64,000 nt of DNA from Amphiscolops sp. MND2022 (GCA_964187785.1 OZ076409.1:67892001-67956000), one strand, 5' to 3'; shown: positions 49,101 through 62,119, counted from the stretch's first letter. Notes: generated from the sequence alone by a model not told the origin. Made by a program: numbers and translations.

Positions 49101-51469
49101 AGTCAATGGAATTTCTATTCTTCAAACACTTTCGTGGTTAGAACAAAACTTGGGAATAATTTACAAAAAAACGTGGTAATTTTTGTTTCATGTACTTTGG
49201 GAGTGAGGCTAATTCCAGCAAAACCTTGCAGTTATATTTTCAAATTTGCCTCCTGCATACCAGGACTAGTTATTGTTAGGTTTTTAAACCATATTGTGTA
49301 TGGAAATAGCTCAACAATTGTACAAAAAACTGCCTAAAAGATGTGAAAACATTGAAATTTATCAGCTTTGCTTTATTTGGTCCATTCTGAAAAAATTTTC
49401 TGCATTGAAAAATGTCATTATCACTTTGAAAAACCTGCTGTGAACATAGTTTTATCATTTGGAGCTTTTCGAAGCTTTTATCTAACCAAAAATTTCTGAT
49501 CTCAAATAAAAATTCACTAGAAATGTCAGAATTCGGCAACAAATTTGACGTTTTCGCATTTTTGCGGTCAGTTTTGAGCCATTTTCCAACCGATGTCCGC
49601 AAATAGTTCTTTAGAAGCCTACTGGATTTTGAGTTCAATCTTTGTTGAACGATTGCCAACATTTTGACTTCAAATTGATACAAAAAGTACACAAACTGCA
49701 CAAAAAGGAAGATGTTGAAATTTTGAGTCTTTTTCAAGTGTTTTTGAAGCAAAACGCTGCAACGTTCTGTTCAGAAAAATTATTGCATAGCTCGTTCTTT
49801 TGTTGTTGATTATGTTGGAACTTGAAACGAAATCTCTCGAAAATTATCGAAAACGCAAAATGTAAAAATTTTCGACAATCTCTTGACGGAAGCTCACCGA
49901 AACAACAAATTGTCCAAATTTTTAGGGTTTTTAACATTCTAGTCCACGACGTCTATCGATAGTTTGACAAAAATTTAACAAAAAAGGTGAAACTCAAAAA
50001 GATTTCGATGTTTTGTCTTTTTCGATGACAATTCGACTTTTTTCATTTAAAAAATTGCATTTATCTCTTCTCTAAGCATACTGGACAACACAATTTTCCT
50101 TGTTGGCCCTTCTCAACATTCCAATCCGCGAATTCGGTCAAAAATTTGGGAAAAAATGCATAAAATCTTTGGAAATTGTAAAATTTTCGGCTTTTGTCAT
50201 TTTCGATATCAATTTGAGACCTTTTTCTTTTGCAAAATTGCAATTATCTTTTCAAAAAAGAATACTTGACAATCAAGATTTTCCTTTGTTGACCCTTTTA
50301 AACATTTTAACCCACGAAGTCTGTCGAAACTTCAACAAAAAATGCATAAAATCTTTGAAAATTGGAACTTTTTGGTGCAAATTTCAGACTTTTTCGCATA
50401 GAAAACTCCACTAAGCTCTTCGGAAAAGCCTACTGGACAACAAACAAAATCGTTCATTGTGGACCCTTTTCAACATTCCAATTCACGAAGTCTGTCAAAA
50501 ATTGGACAAAAGTTGCATAAAAACTTTGAAAATTGGAAAATTGGAAAAACTTGGAAAATTCGGTTTTTTGTCATTTCCGGTGTCAATTTGAGATCTTTCT
50601 CATTTGGAAAACAGCTATCAACTCCTGGGAAAAGCTCACTGAACAACGCGTCCGTGCCATGTTGAGCATTTCCAACATTTTAATTTACGAAGTCTATCGA
50701 AAATTTGACAAAAATCGCAAAAAAAACGTTAAAAATTGGGACATTTTTGTTTTTTTTTCATTTTCAATGTCAAATTGAGATCATTTTCATTTGCAAAACA
50801 GCAATTATCTCTACATAGAAGACTATTGGACAACGGATTCGTGCCTTGATGAACGTTTTCAACATTCTAATCCACGATCTCTATCGAAAAATTGACAAAA
50901 ACTGCTTTAAAACGTAAAAAAAAATTAGAAATTTTTGCAACATTTCTCATTTTGCGGGTCATTCTGGGGTCCTTGGGTCAAACAAAAAAGTCCAGAAATC
51001 TCCACAAATACATATCGCACGAAGCTAAATTCAGGTGAGTTGAATTCTATGGGTAACACCCTTAAAGTTAAATATAAATTTGGCGCTTGGCAAATTTTGT
51101 AAAAAAACCGGTTGATTTAAATATTTTCCTTTCCCATATGAAATATGGGCGGAAACTAACAAAATAATATGTAAAAACATGAAATACATTCATAATTGAA
51201 GTTCTGGAATTTAGGGCCACATCTAATTAAGATTTCATCAAGGTTCCAAAAAGGATCCAACTCGGCAAAATATCAAGGAGTTCGACGTTTACAAGATATT
51301 TTGTCTCAGCAACCAGTCAACAGCTGCAAAAACGCCAGTCTTAGACTTCGAAATTTCCTTTCTTACGAAACTCAGTTCAATTTGAAAAATAGTCTCAAAT
51401 TTAGTGCTACACATTCTAAACTCTATGTAATACTACTACTTCTGTGCACTTAAAAGTTTTATAGGTAAA

Positions 51470-54400
51470 TTATCGTTCCAGTTCTAGATTTTCTATTCTC
51501 AGAGGCTGCGAAGGGTTAGCCAGTGATCTCAGTAACATCGTCATCGTTTCTTCGATCCGTCGCCCTCTGTCGTCCAACTGCGCAATCGTCTGATTCAAGC
51601 GCTCCAAATTAGATTCTAAGGTTGCCATTTGGTCTGAAAAAAAAAGAACGTTTAAGTACTGGAAAATTCAATAAAACCATTTTTTAGGCAAAAAAATATT
51701 TATGAAATGCAATGCAGCTGAAGTCTGCTCGTTCGAGCAATAAAGCTAAACAATTTTCGTCAAAATTTCCAATTGATGAAAATACATTGATCTTCAGTTT
51801 CAAACGCCAAACTTTCTAATCAATCCACCGCGACTTGTTTCAAAATTGACTTTGATCTTGAAGGTTGTCAACCATTAGATTGAAAACAAACTATGAGGGA
51901 AATAGACAATGACTTTCATTTGAAATTATTTGTATCTTCTATATATTAGAAACAAAATTAAATAATTTCTAACTTTTCTGATCTTGCAGATCCGAACGAA
52001 TATCCAGCAGTTCACCTGAAGAGCAAAAGTGTTGAGCAATATTCAATTTAATGACTTTGGAACGTTTCCAAAAGGTAACTAACTCTGGATATTTGACGCT
52101 GTCTTGTCAATGGCCACAGACTTCCCTTCTATTTTCTTCACTTTCTCGTCAATGTTGTCTTGTTCTCTACGCTCGGCCAAATTCGCATACTCTTTCGCTC
52201 TTAAAAATTCAATCAATACTACCTATTTTGTAATCATTTTAAAAACTAGGCAAGACTTTGGAGACAAAATCTATAACCTGATCTTATATTGAGTTGATTC
52301 AGATGGTTATCATTCCATTCAAATGGTTTATTTCTTATAGCTCAGTAATATCGGCACTATCGAAAATAAGGGCCGCTGAACTAATTTGAATTTTTAGTCG
52401 GAGCTGTCGTAGAAAACGCAGGCTATGGAAGTGGCTTTTTGATACCAGCAAACTGAGAGAAATCTTTAAATTCTTCTGCTAAAATGACTCGCTCCCGCCA
52501 CTTGGCCTAGTGGTTAGCGCTTGAGTGGCTTTGGCTGGAGAGCAGGAGCGATCGACATTTTTTTTTCATGTTGTCAAAAGTAAAAGAGACCAAAGGGTCC
52601 CCCTACTGAGATTTTTCGGCACTGTGTAACTTTTTCAGTAAAATTTTCATTTGATCAAAGGGAATTTCCTTGATTTTTGAAACGTTTTGGGTTTGGAAGA
52701 AGCGTTTTGCGAGCCTAATGAGTCTCTTAATGGGTTTTTTGCAACGTTATGTGACTTCTTTTTGAAAAACTTAAATTTTTATGGGAAAATCAAAAGTTTG
52801 GGTTTTTAGTCAGCGCTTTTTTAGTGAATAGTGCCCAACTATTACAGTGGCTAGTTTTTTTTCTTTTTTTCGTCAGACAAAAGATCTCACCCTGTATGTA
52901 ACACTTTTTGTGCATTATGCACTTCTACCAAAAGTACTTAGTAGTTGATTTTGAACGCATCCAAAAGCCTCCAACATGAAATACAAAACCAGGTCCTACT
53001 TTTTCAGTTTTTTTGGCACTATGAGACTTTCCCCGCACTTTTTCGTCTTTGTGAGACTTGTTTTCGAAAATTTTTTAATGACTCCAAAGGTCCCGGGACC
53101 TTTTGGAGACCTTTTGCAAAATATCGAAAAATTGAAAGAGGCCTCCTTCAATTTTTAGATATTTTTTGCAACAAACAGGATTTTCAAAGAACCCAAAGGG
53201 TCCCCCCTTTTACAAATTTAAAATCTTTGCGCTTTTTGAGCTTTAGATATAACGCGACTTTTGACGTCCCCGTCTTGTTGATGTTTCCAATTAGGAAAAG
53301 GAGTTTTTGACTTTTCAGGGTGCCACTTGGGCTATATAAACAAACATTCTGACAATAATGGTGCCTTTGTGTCAATAAAGCTCCTTGCCCTTTTTGAACC
53401 TTGCGGGGTTACCAGCTTGTTTTTGAAAAACCTCACTTTTTAAACTTTTTTGGAACAAAAGATACAATTTTTACCACAAAAACGATTCTTTATATCTTTG
53501 CATTGATTACTTTAAAAGATGGCAATCTCACCGGACATTTTCCCACTTCTCCAGTTTCTGTGCGTCCTTGGGCTCAGCTGTTAGTCCCTGCATGCGTGGG
53601 ATCTCTCTGTTTTTGAGGGCCACCACAAGGGTGTAGAAATGGGACACTATGATGATAGGCGGGGGGAAATAGGGTCTGAAACAGATCGCGCTTGCAGTAG
53701 TTTCAAACGTTCGAGCCTATTGTGTGTCAAACCTTCAAGAAATTACTACCGATAGATGTAGTTTTCAATTTGCTAGAAACACCGATGTCTCGGCTATGCA
53801 GAATGAAAACTTGAACGTCTGTTTGATTTATCATCGAAGTTTCAGCAATTTCATTTTTATCTCTCAAGGTGCGTCGAAGACAGTTTACATTGAAATCAAC
53901 AAAAATTCGTGAGCGGAATTGTTTTTTCAAAGACCAAATTAGATATAATACAATAATTACACTTGAAAGCAATTATGATAGCCTAGTTCTGTAAAAATAT
54001 AAAAGACAGATTGTCATAAAAGCATCTCTTAAAAGCAACACAGAAAATATTTCACTTTGATTCTAAGAAAGCACTTCACATTGCTTATAATTGTTTGTTA
54101 GGTCTAAATATTACCTGTTGTAGTAATCCTTGATGACCAGAAAAACTTGGAACTTCCAGTACACATTAGACTGCTCATTCACTGCTTCGTATCGGTTGTT
54201 AAAGATGGCGATCAGCAAATTCAGAAGCAGAACATTCGTGAACAACATGTATAGTGCCTTCAGTACCACTGCGAATATTGTTCGATTTTCTTCGGGGCAA
54301 TCTTCATATGGCCAAGACTTGCAATTTGAGGAGTCAAGATGGTCGGCGCCGATCTCTGTGAAAGATGGGTTACCAAGCATCTCGAAATAGGGGCGGAAAA

Positions 54401-57400
54401 GGATACCCCAAGGAATTGTGAAGTGGGGTTCTGTTACCCCGGGATAGATGAGGGACTGGATGGCAATGCCGTACGCGATTATGTACACTAAAAAGCAAAG
54501 ATAAAGAAGTGTTGCGAAAATAAAACAAAAAATCAAACTCTTTCTTTACTAAAGTGGATCCCGTATATAATCAACGTCCGTAGAACGAGTAATGGTGTTT
54601 CTTATAACCGGAAAAAAGTCAAACCTACAACAAGCTAAAACCTGATGAAACATCAGAAAATTCATTTTTATATTTTTTCCACAGAATATCAGTTCAGAAA
54701 ATGTTTGGAAAATATTGATACTGTGGTAGGTGCTAACATTACATAACCTAAAGCTTATGTGAGAAAAGCAATAGTGTGAAATACTTTATTACGTAACATA
54801 GTAACAACCTGCCAAATTATGCCAAAGTGGCAAAATAACAACAATTGCCATAAATCAGAATACCGTTGAATTTACAGTTGCTATCATATTCTTCTTTACT
54901 TCCACTCCTGAGTCGTAGACGTCTACATGGCGCTGCGAGCAGCTGACGATGATCAATCAAATGCCCCAGTCCCTGGACTGAGTTACTTCTGGCAAGATGC
55001 CGAAAAATCCCCTTCATACGACTGGGATCAATGGCTGCAACTATTTGAAGTAGCAGTGTTGGCCCGTCACTCAATTTCTGTTTCCGAATTGACAAGAAAT
55101 GCAGAACAACAACCCCGGGCCCAAGCACTGATGGGAAACATGGAGGAAGCCCCTGCAGCAAGAAAGGTAATCAGCTTATTGTACATATCATTGGGAAAAA
55201 CGGGCAGAAAAATGCTCATGGATAAGTTCCCCCAGATTAATATCTTACTGATCCAATTACAACAATTCCTCCAATTTTGCAACGAGTGTTTCCAAATACG
55301 TCGAAACAGAACGATGGACAGACATACCTTCTTGTCGCGAAAACAGAAGCCATCGGAATCACTACACCAGTACTGGAACGTCCTCAATGGATTAGCAGCC
55401 AAATGTGACTTTGGTAACCAAACAGAAGGCTTGGTGTACGATGTGTTTGTACTGAATATGGCAAATAAGCAGGTACAGGAGAAGCTGTGCACAGAGCCGA
55501 AAGAGACCCCGGCAGAGGCATTACAGTTCGCCATAGCATTTGAAGACGGATTGAAAAGACAGAGAACATATGGCTACATCGGAAACGAGACGAAAATCAA
55601 AGAAGAACCAGTTTGTGCAATAAGTGGTAATCGACAGAACACAAAAGAATGCTGGAGATGCGGTGCCGGTAATTTTACAATGGACCACTTGAAATTCTGT
55701 AAAGGACCAAATGCGACATGTAATTACTGCGGCAGAAAAGGCCACTTGGAGAAAGTTTGTAACCAAAAGAAAAAGGATAATTTACAGCAAAGTGGTAGAT
55801 TCAGAGCAAGTGGCAGTAGTGAACAAATAAACCGCCGCGTTCGATTGGTCGATCAGGAAGAAGAAGAGGATGACGATAATTTCTTGGTTTTGAATATAGA
55901 TGGCCAAAGCGAAAACGTAAAACCGTACTACATGGAAGGGTTTATTAACGGAAATCGCTTCAAAACAATGATCGACTCAGGTTCGCCAGTAACCATTTTT
56001 GCGCTAGATGAAATTAAACAGATCATGCAAAGAAAAAAAATACAAGTGCGTCAAATGATCAAAGGCGAACGGTACGTGGACTTCAACGGGAAGCCGTTGA
56101 ACTTACTGGGATACGTTTTCTGCGAATTACAAGTGGGGGACCAATACATTAAAAAGGCAAGAATTCTAGTCACAAAGAGCGGTACAAAATCGATCATCGG
56201 CAGAGAATGGTTGTCAACGTTGAAATATACAATTGCCCCAGCTAACAAAGGTGAGTGTGAAGTTAATTCAATTGAAAAAGAAGAAGAACTAAGTACGGAA
56301 ACCAAGCAATTTTGTAATGATTTTCCACAACTGTTCAAAAGAAATGGGAAGATAAAAGATCATGAAATCAAAATAAAGCTAAAACCGGACGCAAAAATCA
56401 CGCAACAAAAAGGGAGACGAATCCCGATCCAACTACAAAACGCGGTAGATGCGGAAATAAAACGATTACTAAAAGAAGGCCATATAGAAAAAATCAATGA
56501 AATCAAAGATGACGTATTTATACAGCCAACGGTAATAACAGTGAAGAAAGACCGTTCAGTAAAAATTGCGTTGGATGCAAGAGCGTTAAATCAAGCCATT
56601 GATAAAGATAAATACCAAATGCCGAACCTCGATAATTTGTTAGACATGGTGGCTGAAAAGCTAGACAATGAAGAAGGTGAGGCATGGTATTCATCAGTCG
56701 ATATGACTTACGCATACGGTCAAATTCCACTACATTTGTTAACAGCGAAACACTGTAATTTTCAAATTATTGGCGGAAAATCGACGGGGACATACCGATT
56801 TGTAACAGGTTTTTATGGTCTGACGGTTATGCCGACAGAATTTCAAAAAGTAATGGATTTGTTATTAGCAAAATTTAGAGAAGTGTTTGTCTTTATAGAT
56901 GATATTTTAATTGTAACCAAGGGAAACAAAGCTGAACATTTGAATAAAGTGCGGGAAATTCTAAAAGTGCTAGATAAAGCAGAATTACAATTAAAGGCGG
57001 GAAAATGCAAATTTGCTAAACAAGAAATCGAGTGGTTAGGGTTCAAGTTGACAAATTCGGGCATTTCGCCAATAAATTCGAAAGTACAAGGAATTACAGA
57101 AAAACTCAGACCAACGAATTTGAAAGAATTAAGATCGTTCTTAGGCGCAGTGAATCAATTCAACAGATTTGTCCCAGATTTGGCTACAATTTGCTTTCCA
57201 TTCCGTTCAATTTTAAAAAAGGAGGCTAATTGGGAATGGAATGAAGAACACGAAAAAGCATTTAAAAGAATTAACAAAGAAGTGAGAAAAGTCGCGGAAC
57301 TGACGCATTTTAAAAGAAACAAAGAACTGAGAATAATATGCGACGCCAGCAAACAAGGATTAGGTGCGGTACTTCAGCAAAAGGAAAAAGAAGGGTGGAA

Positions 57401-60400
57401 ACCAATTTCATACGCGTCAAGATTTTTAACTGAACTAGAAGCAAAATATTCAATAAACGAATTAGAGTTATTAGCCGTAGTCTGGTCAGTGGAACATTTT
57501 AAAAATTACGTGTACGGGATAAATTTCGGAGTAGTGTCAGATCATAAGGCGCTACAAAGCGTTCTAAAGTCGAATAAAGGAAACAAAACGTATTCAAGTA
57601 GACTCACAAGGTGGGTGGATAAACTCCTTCCTTTCGATTTCAATGTAGTGCACGAACCTGGCAGAACCTTAGGTTTAGCAGATTATTTGTCACGCCATCC
57701 TTCTGAATATAATGGTTCAATTCTAAAAGCGGAAGAATTGTTTAATAATTGGTTTACGATAAATGTAGTGAAAGAAATCGTCCCAACATTAAATAGAAAG
57801 TCAGCAAAAGAAAATGAACCAATCAGAAGCGAGGAAAGTTTTGGAAGAACGAAATTGGCAAACAAGAGTGTGCTAACAATTCACCAGCCTACGCAGTCGA
57901 GCGTAAATTGTGAACAAATAAACAAAACGCCAATTAACGCAGAAATGGCGAATGATCTAGTCAATTCAAAAATCAGCCAAGTTTACGTAAAGGCTAATTA
58001 CGAAAATGACAAAAACATCCAAAAAATTATTCGTTTAATAAAAAAGAAAGATTCGTCCGTAATCGCTCGACTACCGCCCCCGTGGAGGGAAAAATTCTCA
58101 TCATTTAGCTTAGATTCTCAAGACTTACTTTATATGGATCAGAGATTAGTGATTCCAAAAGATATGAGAGAGAATGTTTTACGCGCTATCCATTTCGGCC
58201 ACGCAGGGAGAGACGCGATGCTACGGGAGGCGTCAGATGTATGGTGGCCAAGGATCCATAGAGAGATCATAGAAAAAGCAAAAAGTTGCGTGGACTGCCA
58301 AAATGCAGGTAAGAATCTTAAATGTTTAAAGAGTCAAAAAGATTTTGGAAAACTACCGGAAGCGAATCAGCCTAATGACGAAATATCCTTAGACTTTGCT
58401 GGCCCATTTCAAAATGCAAGAAAACAGAAAAAGTATTTGTTAGTCTCGGTCGATAATAATTCAGGTTGGCCAGATGCAATGTTTTTACCAAACCCAACAG
58501 CTGAAAAGGTAATTGAATTCCTGTTAGAGTACATTGCCAAAAATGGAATTCCGAAAAGAATACGAACGGACCCGGGAACAGTGTTTACGGGGGACAAATT
58601 CAAAGCATTTTGTAGAGAAAAATTCATTCAACACATAGTATGCCCAAGACGTGACCATAGAGGAAATGGGAAAGTTGAGAGAATGATTCGAACGGTAAAC
58701 GAAAGGCTTAGAACAAATAGAAACATAATTGTTCAAAAGGATACAACGGGAATATCAAATATATTATTTGCGCTAAGATCGGAAAAGGGAGCGGACAACA
58801 AATCAGCTTTTGAAAAGCAAATGGGTAGAACACCAAATACATTAAAATCTGCTATGATAAGAAAGTGTATTTTAGAAGAAGACCCAAAGCTCCAAATCGA
58901 ACCCGAGGACTTCAGCGAAGAAGCCGATTCAACAATTCTCGTAAGAGAACGCGTGAGAGGTACCAAACTCGAAGGAAATTTCAAAAAGATGAAAGGAAAG
59001 GTGACCGCTGAAAGTGAACACACCATCACAATCCAGCCGAAAGCCGGAAAAACAACAATATTGTCCAAGCGAGATGTGGCTAAAGTAAACGAAGGAGCCA
59101 GCACAAGTGCAATGAAACAAAATGAAGAAACCAGCACGAGCGCACAAAAGCCATTTAAAGCAAAGAAAGCAAAGAAGCAAAAAGTGGCAGCGGCAAAGAA
59201 AAAGCCAGTCTGGGAAGAAATGGCAGAAAGGGAATTCTTTCGAGGCAGACTCGCATCAAACGTGGGCGAAGAAAAAGAAGAACAAACTGAACCAGAACAA
59301 CAAGAAGAAAGTGCTGAAGTAAACAGCGCAGACGAATCAACAATACCGGCAAATGAAGAAAAAGAAATGAAGACAACGGAAAGCATGGAAGAAGAAGAGA
59401 AGATCAAAGAAAAGAAAGTTCCCGTGAAGGGAAAGATAAAGTGGGAGAAAGTAGCGCAAAGAAGTTCAACGCGGACCCAGAAAAAGCCTGATTGGCTAGG
59501 AAACAACATAATGGTCACAAAGATCGAACAGGAATCCAGCGTAGGAGGAAGCCTACCGAGTGTATACGAAATACCTCCCCCTCAATAGCAGCAAAAACTG
59601 AAAACTGAAACTCACGAAACATTCCCGAAAGCCTGATAACTCAAGGCTTACTTATAGTTATTGCCATTGTCATGTAATCTGTAATCTTGAACCCGCAGTT
59701 TGAGTTTTAAAAGAACTGGTGTTGTAGTAACATTTGTTCAAAAATTGTTTGTGTTTTTAGTTGATACGTATTATCAAGAAAATTGTAGCAATCTGTAAAA
59801 ACATTGGCTAAACGATGGACCAATCACATAACAATGTTAATGTAAACGTAATTAAAGTTCATTTGTACAAAACCCCATGACCTTCATTAATACCGAGGGA
59901 AGTGTGGTAGGTGCTAACATTACATAACCTAAAGCTTATGTGAGAAAAGCAATAGTGTGAAATACTTTATTACGTAACATAGTAACAACCTGCCAAATTA
60001 TGCCAAAGTGGCAAAATAACAACAATTGCCATAAATCAGAATACCGTTGAATTTACAGTTGCTATCATATTCTTCTTTACTTCCACTCCTGAGTCGTAGA
60101 CGTCTACAGATACAGTAGAAGCATTTTGATCTCACAACTCAGTCTCTATGAACGCAAATTTGATGTCCATGCAGAAACCAGACTAGTACAGAAAATGACG
60201 TATTTTCTTACATTTTCAATCCAGTAGCAGTTATTTCTTCAATAAGAATAAAGCGTTCCTACCGAATGCGATTAACATGAAAAACCAGAGATCGCTCGTC
60301 ATTTTTGAGATCATGACAATCTTGGGTCCCAGTACGTTGTGCATAGAGAAGAAGCTTGTGAAGCGGATGAAGAAAACCATCAGAGACATGACGTAGAAAC

Positions 60401-61426
60401 CATGAGCCACGTACATGATTCCTGGAAAACAGAAAAAATAGACAAAAACCTCCCAAAAATATGCATAACAAAACCATTCCGGGATCGCACGGGGAGAATA
60501 TTATAATATAACAAGACCATGTTCACAATATCTTAAAATGATCATCCTTCATTTTATACATTTTTTGATATTCCCTCAAAAGTGCATTATTCCATCCTTA
60601 TCCCTTATTATTTCCCTACCCTTCGCTCAATCGAATTTCAGTACCGAGTTTAATTACATTTTTACGCGACGAAATTACTGTTTTTCAACGTTAATTTGAT
60701 TATAATCTCTCAACGTCTTAATATGTTTAAAGCTGAGGAAAAAACCTCGCCAGAATTACAGGGCGTTAAACTGGCCCAAAAGCAACTGTCCAAAATTACA
60801 ACAATTTCTGTAAAACCTCAATCAAGAATAGAGCTAAAGCTGTGATGGTAATTATTTATGGGAAGAGATTTAATTTTGCCAATTATAATTATAAGCACTT
60901 TGTATCAAGTATACGGTCAGAAAAGATTCAGAACTGTTTCGTTTTCAGCACATCTCGATAAAAGTTGTAACGAACGCTCTTGGAGAGTTAAGGCTACCTA
61001 ATTGGTAATTGGTAGTTTTTCGCCCTTTAAACGATTTGCTTTCTACGCACTGCATGAGTCATCTCATTTTCGACAACATTTTGGCATACTTTATTCTTAC
61101 ACCAAGGATTTACCACGAATATACCAAGAGTTCATTTCGAAACACAGACCTGGCATGGAATATAACGGCGAATCACGGAGATTACAGTCCTTGTATTTGT
61201 CTGTAAAGATTACCTAAGTCTGGAAAATTTCGTAACACTAGGCCAGGAACGAATAGCAGTAAAGCGAGCCAATCTATGATGTTCCACTTGTGGCCAAAGA
61301 AATTTTGGATCTTCTTCTTCCAGTTGGGTTCTGACGTCATGATAAACTCACGTGCTTCTTCTAAGGGCAATGTAAAGACCCAAACAACAACTAGCAACTC
61401 AACAATAGATGGAGAGTCTTCGAGAC
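51470..61426 (-). CDS. TRPM-family channel, paralogue 2 (3' part; 5' exons lie beyond the window). Exons 61426-61214, 60421-60263, 54487-54115, 53675-53532, 52199-52084, 52015-51974, 51633-51470.
   Basis: Exon-by-exon similarity to paralogue 1 with the same intron positions and phases (AHGFYVMSL, LGPKIVMI, NVLLLNLLIAIFNNRY, YWKFQV, KLEKWE, AKEYA). Confidence 0.9.
54722..60108 (+). mobile_element. Intact 5.4-kb Ty3/Gypsy (Mag-like) LTR retrotransposon in a TRPM intron
   Basis: Identical 206-bp LTRs (54722-54927, 59903-60108), TG...CA; TSD GATAC (54717-54721, 60109-60113); PBS TGGCGCTGCGAGCAG (tRNA-Ser-like); PPT GAGGGAAG before the 3' LTR. Confidence 0.96.
54927..59588 (+). CDS. Single gag-pol polyprotein, 1553 aa
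   Basis: CWRCG...H...C and CNYCGRKGHLEKVC knuckles; IDSGS protease; FIDD RT; CDAS RNase H; H-H-CVDC with LDFAGP...TDPG...GKVER integrase. Confidence 0.95.
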   Translation: MALRAADDDQSNAPVPGLSYFWQDAEKSPSYDWDQWLQLFEVAVLARHSISVSELTRNAEQQPRAQALMGNMEEAPAARKVISLLYISLGKTGRKMLMDKFPQINILLIQLQQFLQFCNECFQIRRNRTMDRHTFLSRKQKPSESLHQYWNVLNGLAAKCDFGNQTEGLVYDVFVLNMANKQVQEKLCTEPKETPAEALQFAIAFEDGLKRQRTYGYIGNETKIKEEPVCAISGNRQNTKECWRCGAGNFTMDHLKFCKGPNATCNYCGRKGHLEKVCNQKKKDNLQQSGRFRASGSSEQINRRVRLVDQEEEEDDDNFLVLNIDGQSENVKPYYMEGFINGNRFKTMIDSGSPVTIFALDEIKQIMQRKKIQVRQMIKGERYVDFNGKPLNLLGYVFCELQVGDQYIKKARILVTKSGTKSIIGREWLSTLKYTIAPANKGECEVNSIEKEEELSTETKQFCNDFPQLFKRNGKIKDHEIKIKLKPDAKITQQKGRRIPIQLQNAVDAEIKRLLKEGHIEKINEIKDDVFIQPTVITVKKDRSVKIALDARALNQAIDKDKYQMPNLDNLLDMVAEKLDNEEGEAWYSSVDMTYAYGQIPLHLLTAKHCNFQIIGGKSTGTYRFVTGFYGLTVMPTEFQKVMDLLLAKFREVFVFIDDILIVTKGNKAEHLNKVREILKVLDKAELQLKAGKCKFAKQEIEWLGFKLTNSGISPINSKVQGITEKLRPTNLKELRSFLGAVNQFNRFVPDLATICFPFRSILKKEANWEWNEEHEKAFKRINKEVRKVAELTHFKRNKELRIICDASKQGLGAVLQQKEKEGWKPISYASRFLTELEAKYSINELELLAVVWSVEHFKNYVYGINFGVVSDHKALQSVLKSNKGNKTYSSRLTRWVDKLLPFDFNVVHEPGRTLGLADYLSRHPSEYNGSILKAEELFNNWFTINVVKEIVPTLNRKSAKENEPIRSEESFGRTKLANKSVLTIHQPTQSSVNCEQINKTPINAEMANDLVNSKISQVYVKANYENDKNIQKIIRLIKKKDSSVIARLPPPWREKFSSFSLDSQDLLYMDQRLVIPKDMRENVLRAIHFGHAGRDAMLREASDVWWPRIHREIIEKAKSCVDCQNAGKNLKCLKSQKDFGKLPEANQPNDEISLDFAGPFQNARKQKKYLLVSVDNNSGWPDAMFLPNPTAEKVIEFLLEYIAKNGIPKRIRTDPGTVFTGDKFKAFCREKFIQHIVCPRRDHRGNGKVERMIRTVNERLRTNRNIIVQKDTTGISNILFALRSEKGADNKSAFEKQMGRTPNTLKSAMIRKCILEEDPKLQIEPEDFSEEADSTILVRERVRGTKLEGNFKKMKGKVTAESEHTITIQPKAGKTTILSKRDVAKVNEGASTSAMKQNEETSTSAQKPFKAKKAKKQKVAAAKKKPVWEEMAEREFFRGRLASNVGEEKEEQTEPEQQEESAEVNSADESTIPANEEKEMKTTESMEEEEKIKEKKVPVKGKIKWEKVAQRSSTRTQKKPDWLGNNIMVTKIEQESSVGGSLPSVYEIPPPQ

Positions 61427-61730
61427 CTAAAAAGAATAACTCTGAGCATTACAGAGAAATTTTAACATCTTACCGAGAAAAATGAGTGATTGGAGAACTC
61501 TCATAAAATTAGATTTATTCACAATTGGAACGCTCTGGATTCCTTTCATGTACGATATCAACTCTGCTTTTTTTTCAAAACCGGTATTTTTCAATACTGG
61601 CTCTTTTCCGGCACTGTGCAACTTTTTCAACATTTTCACCTAACCGTCTTCTTTTTGGTTTTTATGGATCGGTTTTACTCTTTCTCAATCAAAACCCATG
61701 ATAAAGCCAATTTACAATGTTGGAAAAATC

Positions 61731-61956
61731 TTGGACTAAAAGTTTTGGTTATTGAACAAAATAAAATTAAACTATAGCATATTTCAAAAAATGGAACTCG
61801 GTCCTTTTCTCCAAAAAATACTTTTACAGCGAAACTGCAAACCTTGAACTAAAAGTTTTGGTAATTGAACAAAATAAAATTGAATAATAGCTTATTTCAA
61901 AAAAATGGAACTCAGTCCTTTTCTCCAAAAAATACTTTTACACCGAAACTGCAAAC
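61731..61956. repeat. Two-copy tandem duplication of ~113 bp
   Basis: TTGrACTAAAAGTTTTGG...GAAACTGCAAAC occurs twice with few differences. Confidence 0.8.
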
Positions 61957-62119
61957 GGCTTTATATTTTTTATGTCAGGGCGTTAACATGGGCCACTACC
62001 ACTACCATGTGAACAATTTTGACGCCTGCAAATTAAGTACTTCGTGGGCAGGTACCAAAAACACTTTTTAAAAATGAGTTTGCGAAACGCGTGCGTTTCT
62101 CTTGAATATCTCTACGAGA

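Noticed and set aside
52495..52560. tRNA gene
   Set aside because: Only an A-box-like 5' half; no T-arm or acceptor-stem pairing.
58733..59518. 261-aa antisense ORF in the Mag-like element
   Set aside because: S/F-rich shadow of the K/E-rich polyprotein tail.
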